Below are positions 15,575-23,595 of a stretch of 25,288 nt of DNA, piece by piece. Source of the stretch: a virus (lineage: Duplodnaviria; Caudoviricetes); the IMG/VR virus record IMGVR_UViG_3300049919_000092, positions 1 to 25,288 of that record. The stretch is one strand, 5' to 3'. Position 1 is the stretch's first letter. Each line of letters starts with the position of its first letter. A model generated the notes under the pieces. The model was given only the letters and a program-made list of their open reading frames with translations, did not search any database and was not told where the DNA came from. Position numbers and translations under genes: made by a program.

Positions 15575-17623
15575 ATGGCAATACCATCATATTCAAATTC
15601 TCCACTAGCACAAAACATTGTTAAAAAAATAAACAATGTCGTTGCTAATACATATAAACCAATAGTAAAACCGACTATTAAGCCAGCAGTAAAAACAATT
15701 AAAAAAACTGTTGTTGAACCAGGTCCAAATATGACTTATAACAATATGTCATATAATCAACCTAGTGGTAACATGACTTATAATACACCAGATGGATTAG
15801 CACCATTTAGTAAATATACTGGTACAACAGTAGCTCCTACTAGCGGGATGACTTATAACAATATGTCATATAATCAACCTAGTGGTAACATGACTTATAA
15901 TACACCAGATGGATTAAACGATCAGGGTAATAATGAAGCTCCTAAGATAAAAACACTTTCTTCTCAAGAAGCTGTTGAGCTTGCTCAATCTTATGGTCTT
16001 GGTAAACTCCCTGGCTTTAATGCTAATGAATATACTGGTAGAACAGCAGAAGAAGCTAATCAAATGGCAGAAGCAAAAAGAGATGAACTTCTTGCTCAAA
16101 CATCTGACAGTACTTCATATTCTTTTAATACAGATTCTATTGCTAACTCTAAAAAAACCGCTGATAAGTTTAAGGTTTCTATTGACGGTATCACACAAGA
16201 TCCTTGGAAATATAACTCTAAGCCTGATGAAAACAAAAAATCAATTGTTGATTCTTTTACTTCACAATTTGCGAATAATTTTACTAATGCTCAAGACTTC
16301 TACAATAACCTAAATAACAACCCTGAACTTCAAAAGAGTTTAGAGGGTTATATGAAGGCAGGTGGAACTCCAGCAATGATTGCTAGTAAGATTGTTCCTG
16401 TTACAAACGACATACTCCCTGCACAAGATACTGCTACTTATCTTGATAGAATACAAAATACAAATACCCCACAAGGTGTGCAAGCAAAAAATGCTCTCAT
16501 ACAAGAGAAAGGACTTGCAGAAGAAGAAATAATGAGAAATTATAGTATTCCAAAAGATCTTAGTAATCTATATTTTGGAACTAAAGAAACTATAGGTGTA
16601 TTAGAACAACAAAGAACTCTTGCTGCTGAAAAGAAAAGAATTGTTGAAGAAAAACAACTTAGTGCTGAAAAGAGTAATCGTGAACAAGCTCAATATGAAA
16701 TAGAAAAAAACAATGCTGATGTAGAGTCTGCACAAGCTGAAACAGAACTTAACCGTCAGAATGCCAAAAATTACATGACAGGTATGCTTGCTAAACTTGG
16801 GGCTCTTCAGACCACTGGTGCTGCCCCTCTTGCCCTCGCACCTCTTGAACAGAAATACCAAAAGCAAAAAACAGATCTTGATACAAAGCTTAAATTTGCT
16901 AATCGTAAGATACAAATAGACTTAACTAAAACTATCAATGATCTTGAAATAAAAAGGGATGAAGATATTCAATCTATCAATGAAGATATATCTAAATCAG
17001 AAACAGATGTTCGTAAAGAAATCTTTAAAGCACAACAAACAGCTTCTAAAGAAATCTACAATATCACAGATAAATATGCGACATCAATGCGTACACAAAC
17101 TGATAAATATAAAGCTGAAGCTAAATCTAACGCTGATAAGTACAACTCTAACTTTATGCTTCTTGCAGGTAAGGGGGTAAACCTAAAGAGTATTCCAAGT
17201 CTTATTGGTGCTGATGGACGTATTGAGACAAACAAACTAACAAATGCTATGTTTGCTAAGAAAGGCTCTGGCACAGGAGGAGGTTTTACTCCAACGCAAT
17301 TATTAAAATTACAAGCAGGTGGAATTAACCCAAAAGATAGAAAGGCTGCTGCTGATTATCTGTATGGAAAAAACGCAAGTAATAATAGTGGTTCACTAGG
17401 TAAACCAACATACGCAGGAGAAGAACTTGTTTTAGGTACAGGTAAAGATTCTATAAAGATTGCCTCAGAACTTGAAGTCGCAGGAGCTTCTAGTGCAGAT
17501 ATTGTACAAATACAGGACTTACTTAATAAGGGACACTCTTTAAAATCAATTGCAAAATCTACCGGAATGCCGGCAACTACATATAATGCATTCAATAAAT
17601 ATATAACAAAAGGAGAACAATAA
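15575..17623 (+). CDS. Probable internal virion / DNA ejection protein
   Basis: 682 aa, low-complexity N-terminus, long coiled coil, no Cys, podovirus gene position. Confidence 0.6.
   Translation: MAIPSYSNSPLAQNIVKKINNVVANTYKPIVKPTIKPAVKTIKKTVVEPGPNMTYNNMSYNQPSGNMTYNTPDGLAPFSKYTGTTVAPTSGMTYNNMSYNQPSGNMTYNTPDGLNDQGNNEAPKIKTLSSQEAVELAQSYGLGKLPGFNANEYTGRTAEEANQMAEAKRDELLAQTSDSTSYSFNTDSIANSKKTADKFKVSIDGITQDPWKYNSKPDENKKSIVDSFTSQFANNFTNAQDFYNNLNNNPELQKSLEGYMKAGGTPAMIASKIVPVTNDILPAQDTATYLDRIQNTNTPQGVQAKNALIQEKGLAEEEIMRNYSIPKDLSNLYFGTKETIGVLEQQRTLAAEKKRIVEEKQLSAEKSNREQAQYEIEKNNADVESAQAETELNRQNAKNYMTGMLAKLGALQTTGAAPLALAPLEQKYQKQKTDLDTKLKFANRKIQIDLTKTINDLEIKRDEDIQSINEDISKSETDVRKEIFKAQQTASKEIYNITDKYATSMRTQTDKYKAEAKSNADKYNSNFMLLAGKGVNLKSIPSLIGADGRIETNKLTNAMFAKKGSGTGGGFTPTQLLKLQAGGINPKDRKAAADYLYGKNASNNSGSLGKPTYAGEELVLGTGKDSIKIASELEVAGASSADIVQIQDLLNKGHSLKSIAKSTGMPATTYNAFNKYITKGEQ
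15731..15916 (+). repeat. 69-bp perfect in-frame direct repeat
   Basis: 15731-15799 is identical to 15848-15916; encodes MTYNNMSYNQPSGNMTYNTPDGL twice. Confidence 0.92.
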
Positions 17624-17624
17624 T

Positions 17625-19142
17625 ATGCCAGAGCCTGTATTTTCATGGAATGCCAAAACAACTGAAGAAAAAGATAAGAATAGTGATTTTACAAGGACAC
17701 TACCTAAAACTAAAAGACCTGACCCTACCCTAGCTGGTGGGCTTATTCGTGATCTAGCCAGAGCACCTGCAACAATAGCTGTCCGACCGGGACAAATGCT
17801 TGCTGCATTAAAAGGTTTTACTCCAGAAGAGCAAACTGTTAAATCTAAATACCTAGGTGACATCAAACCTTCAATGAATAAGAAGGATGTTATCAAAGAC
17901 ATCGGACGTGCAGTTGAAACTGTATCTTACGGTGTAGGTGCTAGTGGTTTAGCAAAAAATAGTCTTACTAAGATTGCAGGTATAGAGGGACTAACTGGTG
18001 CTCTTGGATCAGGTGGACATTCTGTTGCAGAAGGAAACAGTACAAAGAAGGTACTTAAAGACACAGCTATTGGTGGGGCTATAGGTGCTGTCGCAGGTGT
18101 GGGCTTTGCAAAACTTGCTCCTATGTTTAGTTGGGGTAAGAAGGGTGTAAAGATTGCAAAAGAAGCCCCTGTTGTACCAACTACTATTAGCGAAGGTGTA
18201 CTTCCCCCTCCCGTTACTCGAGGAGGTACACAGCCTAACCCTCTTAATGCTGAAGGTAAGGTAAATTATGAACCGTATACACCTGATAGTGAACTCCCTA
18301 TTATTCAAATGGGAGCTAAGCCTAAATCAGATTTGCCTACTATTCAAACAGAAGCAAGACCTACTGTTACCCCTAGTACTTTTAAATACGAACCTATAAA
18401 TCAGAACCCTAGAACAGTCACCTTAAAGAAACTTAATCCAGATGGTACTCCTATGGAAGCACCTAAAATGGAGAAACCTGTGTCAAACGACGTTACTACA
18501 CAAGGTTCAAAAAACACTGATTTTGGACAAAGCCCCACAAGCTCCTTAGAGAGTCCTATTTCTTTGAATGACACGAATGTACCTAAATCTTCTACAAATG
18601 GTTTTAAGAGAGTAACAAGTGAAGCAAATAATATTAATGATAGTTTTGTAAAACAAGGTATTGCTGAGTTACTACCTGAAGAGAAAGCTGTATATAAAGG
18701 TTTTAATGAGGCTGACCAGATAGCAAAAGTTACAGACCATCTTAATAACAACCCAGAGTTTACCAACAACTTAATTAATGGAATTGTACCAAATGATCTC
18801 AATCCACAAGTTGCATTTAATGCTGTAAAGAATAAAGCAATAGCAGAGGGAGATTTTCAAACACAGAGACTTCTTGCTAAGTCTAAGATTGCCACAGAAA
18901 AGAGTAAGGCTGCTTCTACACTTAGAGCTTCTCAAGTCCTTAATAACCCAGGTGATGCCGTAGAAATCATGACTAATCTTAACAGTGGCCTAGAAAAAGC
19001 AGTTACTAAAAGACAAGGTAAGGATGTTGGTGCCCTTAAACAACAAATAGCTTTTGAAGGTGAAAAACAGTTTCAGGACACAATTAAGAAGTCTCTAACT
19101 AAACAGTCATTCTCGGAATTTGTTAATAGTATTCAATGTTAA
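17625..19142 (+). CDS. Probable DNA ejection/pilot protein
   Basis: Gly/Ala-rich hydrophobic segments (TAIGGAIGAVAGVGF), Pro-rich linker, helical C-terminus. Confidence 0.6.
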   Translation: MPEPVFSWNAKTTEEKDKNSDFTRTLPKTKRPDPTLAGGLIRDLARAPATIAVRPGQMLAALKGFTPEEQTVKSKYLGDIKPSMNKKDVIKDIGRAVETVSYGVGASGLAKNSLTKIAGIEGLTGALGSGGHSVAEGNSTKKVLKDTAIGGAIGAVAGVGFAKLAPMFSWGKKGVKIAKEAPVVPTTISEGVLPPPVTRGGTQPNPLNAEGKVNYEPYTPDSELPIIQMGAKPKSDLPTIQTEARPTVTPSTFKYEPINQNPRTVTLKKLNPDGTPMEAPKMEKPVSNDVTTQGSKNTDFGQSPTSSLESPISLNDTNVPKSSTNGFKRVTSEANNINDSFVKQGIAELLPEEKAVYKGFNEADQIAKVTDHLNNNPEFTNNLINGIVPNDLNPQVAFNAVKNKAIAEGDFQTQRLLAKSKIATEKSKAASTLRASQVLNNPGDAVEIMTNLNSGLEKAVTKRQGKDVGALKQQIAFEGEKQFQDTIKKSLTKQSFSEFVNSIQC

Positions 19143-19146
19143 ATAT

Positions 19147-20862
19147 ATGATTTGCCTACCAAAAGAATTAGTTGATAGATTTGTACAAGGACTAAAGGAT
19201 AATAAATTAAATCCAGAAACCTTGGCGAACATGAGTAGTGAGGAGCGTAGGGCTTTGCTTTCGCAGTTTGTAGGAGGAGGAGATGCTCCAGGTGTTAATG
19301 CCTTATTTGAAAGTAAGCTTCTAATGAAGAACCAAGAAACAGCTATGATTAGTTGGGTTAAATCTGTTGCTGGGCTAAAACCTAAAATACAAAGAGAGCT
19401 TATTGATAGAGTGAATAAATTGGGAAAAGTATTGACACCTATAGAGCGAGAATCTTTCTTTAATGATCTTGCTGCACACAGACTAGGTACAGAAGTAACA
19501 GCAGAACAAGCACAGAAAATCTCTGAGCTTGCAAATAAGTTTAATAAAGCAAAAGCTAATCCTAATAGTGGATTAGAGTATGGAGCCTCTGAAGTTGCTC
19601 TTAATAATTATGTTAACGATATTAAATTAGAGAACGGTAAACAATCTTTAAATGATATTTTTAAGTCAATAAAAAAAGACCCTGCTAGTGGAACTATAGA
19701 ACAAGTTTCAAATTTGGCTGGTGTTGCTAAAGGTATTAAAGCTTCACTTGATAACAGTTCAATATTTAGACAGGGATGGAAGACAATGTTTACAAATCCT
19801 ACTATTTGGGCAAAAAATGCCTCTCAGTCTTTTGTTGATATTGCTAAACAATTAGGATCTAAGCCCTCAAACAATACAATAATAGATGGTGTAAGAGCTG
19901 AAATACTTTCTAGGCCTAACGCTAGAAATGGAATGTTTAAGAATATGAAATTAGATATAGGCAACCTTGAAGAAGCCTTTCCTACTGCCCTACCTGAAAA
20001 GATACCCCTATTTGGAAGACTTTATAAGGCATCTGAAACTGCATATACAGGATTTCTTTATCGTATGCGTGCAGATATAGCAGATAAAATGATAAATCTT
20101 GCTCAAGAACAAGGGGTTAATCTTGCTGACAAAGCTCAATCAGAAAGTATTGGTAAGCTAGTTAATTCTCTTACAGGTCGAGGTAGTCTTGGTTCACTAG
20201 AAAAGATAGGAAAAGAAGTTAATACTATATTCTTTTCACCTAAAAACCTTAAATCTTCTTTTGATTTTTTAACTGCTCATCAACTACAGAAAGGGGTAAC
20301 TCCATTTGTAAGAAAACAAGCTGCTACTAATTTATTCAAAGCCGTAGGAGGTATGGCAACAATAATGGGAATAGCCGAGGCGTTACGCCCTGGAAGTGTT
20401 GAATTTGATCCAAGATCTTCTGATTTCGGAAAGATTAAAATTGGAAATACAAGATTCTCTATTGGTGGAGGTATGGAATCTCTTGTAACCTTGGCTGCAA
20501 GAATAGTAAAGCAATCAACAAAAAGTAGTACAACTGGTAAGGTTACAAAACTAGGTACGGGTACATACGGTTCAAAGACAGGGGTGGATGTAGTTATTGC
20601 TTTTGGTGAAAACAAACTATCTCCAATATCTTCTTTAATTAAAGACCTACTAAGTCAGCAAGATTTTAACGGTAACCCTATTAGCTTCTTGCCGTCAAAG
20701 AAAAACGAATATCAGGGAGAATTAATAAACCTTCTTGCTCCACTTCCTATTACTAATACCATAAGTTCATTACAAGATCCTAAATCAGCAAATATTGTAT
20801 TAACAACAATTGCAGATGCCTTAGGTATTGCAACTAATACTTACGGTTCTAAAAAGAAGTAG
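19147..20862 (+). CDS. Probable large ejection / internal virion protein
   Basis: Helical protein of about 571 aa; ATG at 19147 (MICLPK) lies 4 bp after the previous stop. Confidence 0.6.
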   Translation: MICLPKELVDRFVQGLKDNKLNPETLANMSSEERRALLSQFVGGGDAPGVNALFESKLLMKNQETAMISWVKSVAGLKPKIQRELIDRVNKLGKVLTPIERESFFNDLAAHRLGTEVTAEQAQKISELANKFNKAKANPNSGLEYGASEVALNNYVNDIKLENGKQSLNDIFKSIKKDPASGTIEQVSNLAGVAKGIKASLDNSSIFRQGWKTMFTNPTIWAKNASQSFVDIAKQLGSKPSNNTIIDGVRAEILSRPNARNGMFKNMKLDIGNLEEAFPTALPEKIPLFGRLYKASETAYTGFLYRMRADIADKMINLAQEQGVNLADKAQSESIGKLVNSLTGRGSLGSLEKIGKEVNTIFFSPKNLKSSFDFLTAHQLQKGVTPFVRKQAATNLFKAVGGMATIMGIAEALRPGSVEFDPRSSDFGKIKIGNTRFSIGGGMESLVTLAARIVKQSTKSSTTGKVTKLGTGTYGSKTGVDVVIAFGENKLSPISSLIKDLLSQQDFNGNPISFLPSKKNEYQGELINLLAPLPITNTISSLQDPKSANIVLTTIADALGIATNTYGSKKK

Positions 20863-20864
20863 AT

Positions 20865-21029
20865 CTAGTGTTTAGTGCCAAGAACTAGAATCACAAAAAT
20901 AATCATTATTAGGATGATTATTATAGTATTGTTTTTCTTTTCTTCTAAGATATGCTCAGTTCTCTCTTTTTCAAGAGTATTGTGATATTGCTGTATTTGT
21001 ACTTGATGATAGTCTACTTTTTCACTCAT
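20865..21029 (-). CDS. 54-aa antisense membrane protein, not in the ORF track
   Basis: MSEKVDYHQVQIQQYHNTLEKERTEHILEEKKNNTIIIILIMIIFVILVLGTKH*; fills the intergenic gap and has its own promoter-like element. Confidence 0.75.
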   Translation of the reverse strand: MSEKVDYHQVQIQQYHNTLEKERTEHILEEKKNNTIIIILIMIIFVILVLGTKH

Positions 21030-21037
21030 ATGCCCTT

Positions 21038-21048
21038 ATTATACCACA
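21038..21048 (-). promoter_or_regulatory. Extended -10 promoter for the antisense membrane gene
   Basis: TGTGGTATAAT 8 bp before the ATG; no clear -35. Confidence 0.6.
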
Positions 21049-21067
21049 CTATTTATAATTTATACCA

Positions 21068-21096
21068 TTTACAAAACACTTATTTTGTGTTATAAT
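21068..21096 (+). promoter_or_regulatory. Sigma70-type promoter, near-copy of 13725-13753
   Basis: TTTACA-aaacacttattttgtgt (17)-TATAAT. Confidence 0.75.
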
Positions 21097-21116
21097 GTGT
21101 AACAACTACTACCGCT

Positions 21117-23591
21117 ATGCCAGATAAAGACTCCCAAGACCTTAAGATTGAACGACAAAAATTCCAATTACACAAAAAAGGATACGAAGATATAGCAAGG
21201 GCTATAAAAGATAAAGAAACACCTGAGGTTCAGAAAGTTTCTATCCTTGGTGCAGAGCTTATCACTATCAAAGGTGAGAAGGGAGAAAAAGGTGATCTAC
21301 CAAGTGAAGAAGACCTCACACCTATTATACAGAAACTAATCCCCGACCTTATCACTGGTAAAGATGGCAATCATGGTAAGGATGGTACTAATGGAAAGGA
21401 TGGTAAAAATGGTGCTAATGGAAAAGATGGTAAAAAAGGACTAGACGGCTCTAATGGTAAGGATGGTGCTAATGGTAAAAACGGATCTCCTGACCTTCCA
21501 GAACAACTAGTAGATAAACTTCTTACTATAAAGAAAAGTTGGCTTCCTATGGAGGCTATTATCGGAGATTTTAATGAACGAGTTGATCGTAGGATTTTAA
21601 AAACACCTACAGGTATCAGTTCCCTCAAACAACTCTCTGACGTTGATTATAGTGGTTTAACACAAGATTCAAAAGGTAATTATATACTTGGACTAAATAC
21701 CGGCTCCACTATAACTCTTAAAACAAACGACACTAACAACAGTTCTCAATCAATACTTAATCTAAAACAAGGTTCTAACATAACTCTTACAGATGACGGT
21801 CTAGGAGGTGTAACTATAAACTCTACAGGAGGTGGTTCTATTTTTACAAGTCTTACTGATGTACCAAATTCTTATACTGGTCAAACACTAAAGGCGGTTA
21901 GAGTAAATGCCGCTGAAACAGGACTTGAATTTTTTGATGACAAAGACAGTAACCCAAAGTCAAAAGTTTATATATTTACAGGTCAATCAAACTCTCTTGG
22001 GACTTCAGACTATGCCACAGATATAACCACAAATTCAAAAGTTTTTGTTTGGAGCACTGCGTCAAATTCTTTTATTGTAATGACACCAGGAACAGCTCCC
22101 ATGCAATTGGCATCAAATAATGGTGGTATAGCATCTACAAATGCAGCTTTTTATTTTGGAAGAGAAATGCAAGAAAAAACTGGTGGTGATGTATATATAT
22201 TTATGCAATCAATACCTAGTTTAGATATAACTAATTGGTATAATATAACCCCACAATATATGCTTACTGACTTAAACGCTCAGTTAGTAGCAGCAGGAGT
22301 AACTTATGTTGATGGTATTTTTTGGGATCAGGGAGAAGCTAATGATGGAAATATACCTTTATATAAAACAAACTTTGAAGGTGTAAAAAACTATTTTAGA
22401 AATGCTACGTGGGGGAGGTATGATATACCAATAATAGTAACAGGCATGCCTAATGACACTTTTTGTAGCACTCCAGGGTTTGATTTGTTAGACCCACTAT
22501 TCCAAAACATGTCTTTTTCTGACCCATTTGTTGGTTATGCTAATACCGAAAATGCTCCTACAAATACAATAAGAACTGATGATTTTCACTTTAACGAAGC
22601 GGGTCAAAAAGAAATTGCACATACAAGTGCTCAAGCCTTAAATGCTATACCTAATACATTTAATAAAAAAGTATGGAATATGGGAGGAAACAGTAATATT
22701 ACTGTTTATGATTTTTTAGGTACAACAGACCTAACCCCTTTAAACTTTAGAATAAATAATATCTACGCAGGCGAATTGTCAACTTTAAATACTGGGTTTG
22801 GTTATAATGGAAGTTTAACTGGTACAGGAGGAACTTATTTTGGGGGATATTCAAGAGCAGCATTAGATGCAACAGCAATAGGGTTTGCTGCTAACGCTTC
22901 GTTTGATTACGCTGTTAGTATAGGTAATGGTTCTACTGCGAACACTAGAGCATCAATTGTTGGAACTTATAGTAACGGAGCGGCATATTCTAGTGGTCTT
23001 GGTTATTTTCAAACATTAGGGAGTTTAAGTGTTGGTCTAGGGTATTACGTTAAGGCACTTGGTACTAATCAAATTGGTATTGGCTCTCTTGCAAGTCCGC
23101 AAGTAAATAATGCTGCAACATTTCCAGTAGCAGGAGAAAACTTTGCGACCGATACAGTAAGTTTAGGTATAGGTACAAGTTCTCCAACAGAGAGATTGCA
23201 TGTTGTTGGTAGTGTAAAAATAGTAGATGGGACTCAAGGGTTAAACAAAGTTTTAACAAGTGATGCAAACGGCAAAGCTTCATGGCAAACACCTAGTGGT
23301 GGTTCTGGTTCAGGTATCACTCGCTCTATAAGTACAATTAGCACAAATACAACAGCGGGAGGAACGGTTTTGACTGATTATGTTTATTTAGTAAGTGGTA
23401 CTACAACAATTACACTCCCAACAGCAGTAGGAGATACTAATTTATACACAATTAAACGTACTGGAGTTAATACAGTAACAATTGCAACTACAAGTGCTCA
23501 AACTATTGACGGGGTATCAACACAAACACTACTTACTCAATACGAAAGTATGAGTTTTATATCAGATGGAAGTAATTGGTTAATAACATAA
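21117..23591 (+). CDS. Fibre/spike protein with collagen-like repeats, SGNH (SASA/CE6-like) acetylesterase domain and beta-roll repeats
   Basis: Gly-X-Y run GKDGNHGKDGTNG..., FTGQSN, FWDQGE, DDFH, ATAIG/AVSIG repeats, C-terminal TITLPTAVG...QTIDG. Confidence 0.85.
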   Translation: MPDKDSQDLKIERQKFQLHKKGYEDIARAIKDKETPEVQKVSILGAELITIKGEKGEKGDLPSEEDLTPIIQKLIPDLITGKDGNHGKDGTNGKDGKNGANGKDGKKGLDGSNGKDGANGKNGSPDLPEQLVDKLLTIKKSWLPMEAIIGDFNERVDRRILKTPTGISSLKQLSDVDYSGLTQDSKGNYILGLNTGSTITLKTNDTNNSSQSILNLKQGSNITLTDDGLGGVTINSTGGGSIFTSLTDVPNSYTGQTLKAVRVNAAETGLEFFDDKDSNPKSKVYIFTGQSNSLGTSDYATDITTNSKVFVWSTASNSFIVMTPGTAPMQLASNNGGIASTNAAFYFGREMQEKTGGDVYIFMQSIPSLDITNWYNITPQYMLTDLNAQLVAAGVTYVDGIFWDQGEANDGNIPLYKTNFEGVKNYFRNATWGRYDIPIIVTGMPNDTFCSTPGFDLLDPLFQNMSFSDPFVGYANTENAPTNTIRTDDFHFNEAGQKEIAHTSAQALNAIPNTFNKKVWNMGGNSNITVYDFLGTTDLTPLNFRINNIYAGELSTLNTGFGYNGSLTGTGGTYFGGYSRAALDATAIGFAANASFDYAVSIGNGSTANTRASIVGTYSNGAAYSSGLGYFQTLGSLSVGLGYYVKALGTNQIGIGSLASPQVNNAATFPVAGENFATDTVSLGIGTSSPTERLHVVGSVKIVDGTQGLNKVLTSDANGKASWQTPSGGSGSGITRSISTISTNTTAGGTVLTDYVYLVSGTTTITLPTAVGDTNLYTIKRTGVNTVTIATTSAQTIDGVSTQTLLTQYESMSFISDGSNWLIT

Positions 23592-23595
23592 AAAT

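Noticed and set aside
15731-15916. Possible diversity-generating retroelement TR/VR pair
   Set aside because: Copies are identical and within one gene, with no adenine-specific differences and no reverse transcriptase in the window
4622-20615. Many 60-133 aa alternative-frame or antisense ORFs inside long genes (for example 4912, 5918, 7365, 9596, 14372, 17356, 18401, 20280)
   Set aside because: Nested in or largely overlapping well-supported genes, with no motifs or expression signals of their own
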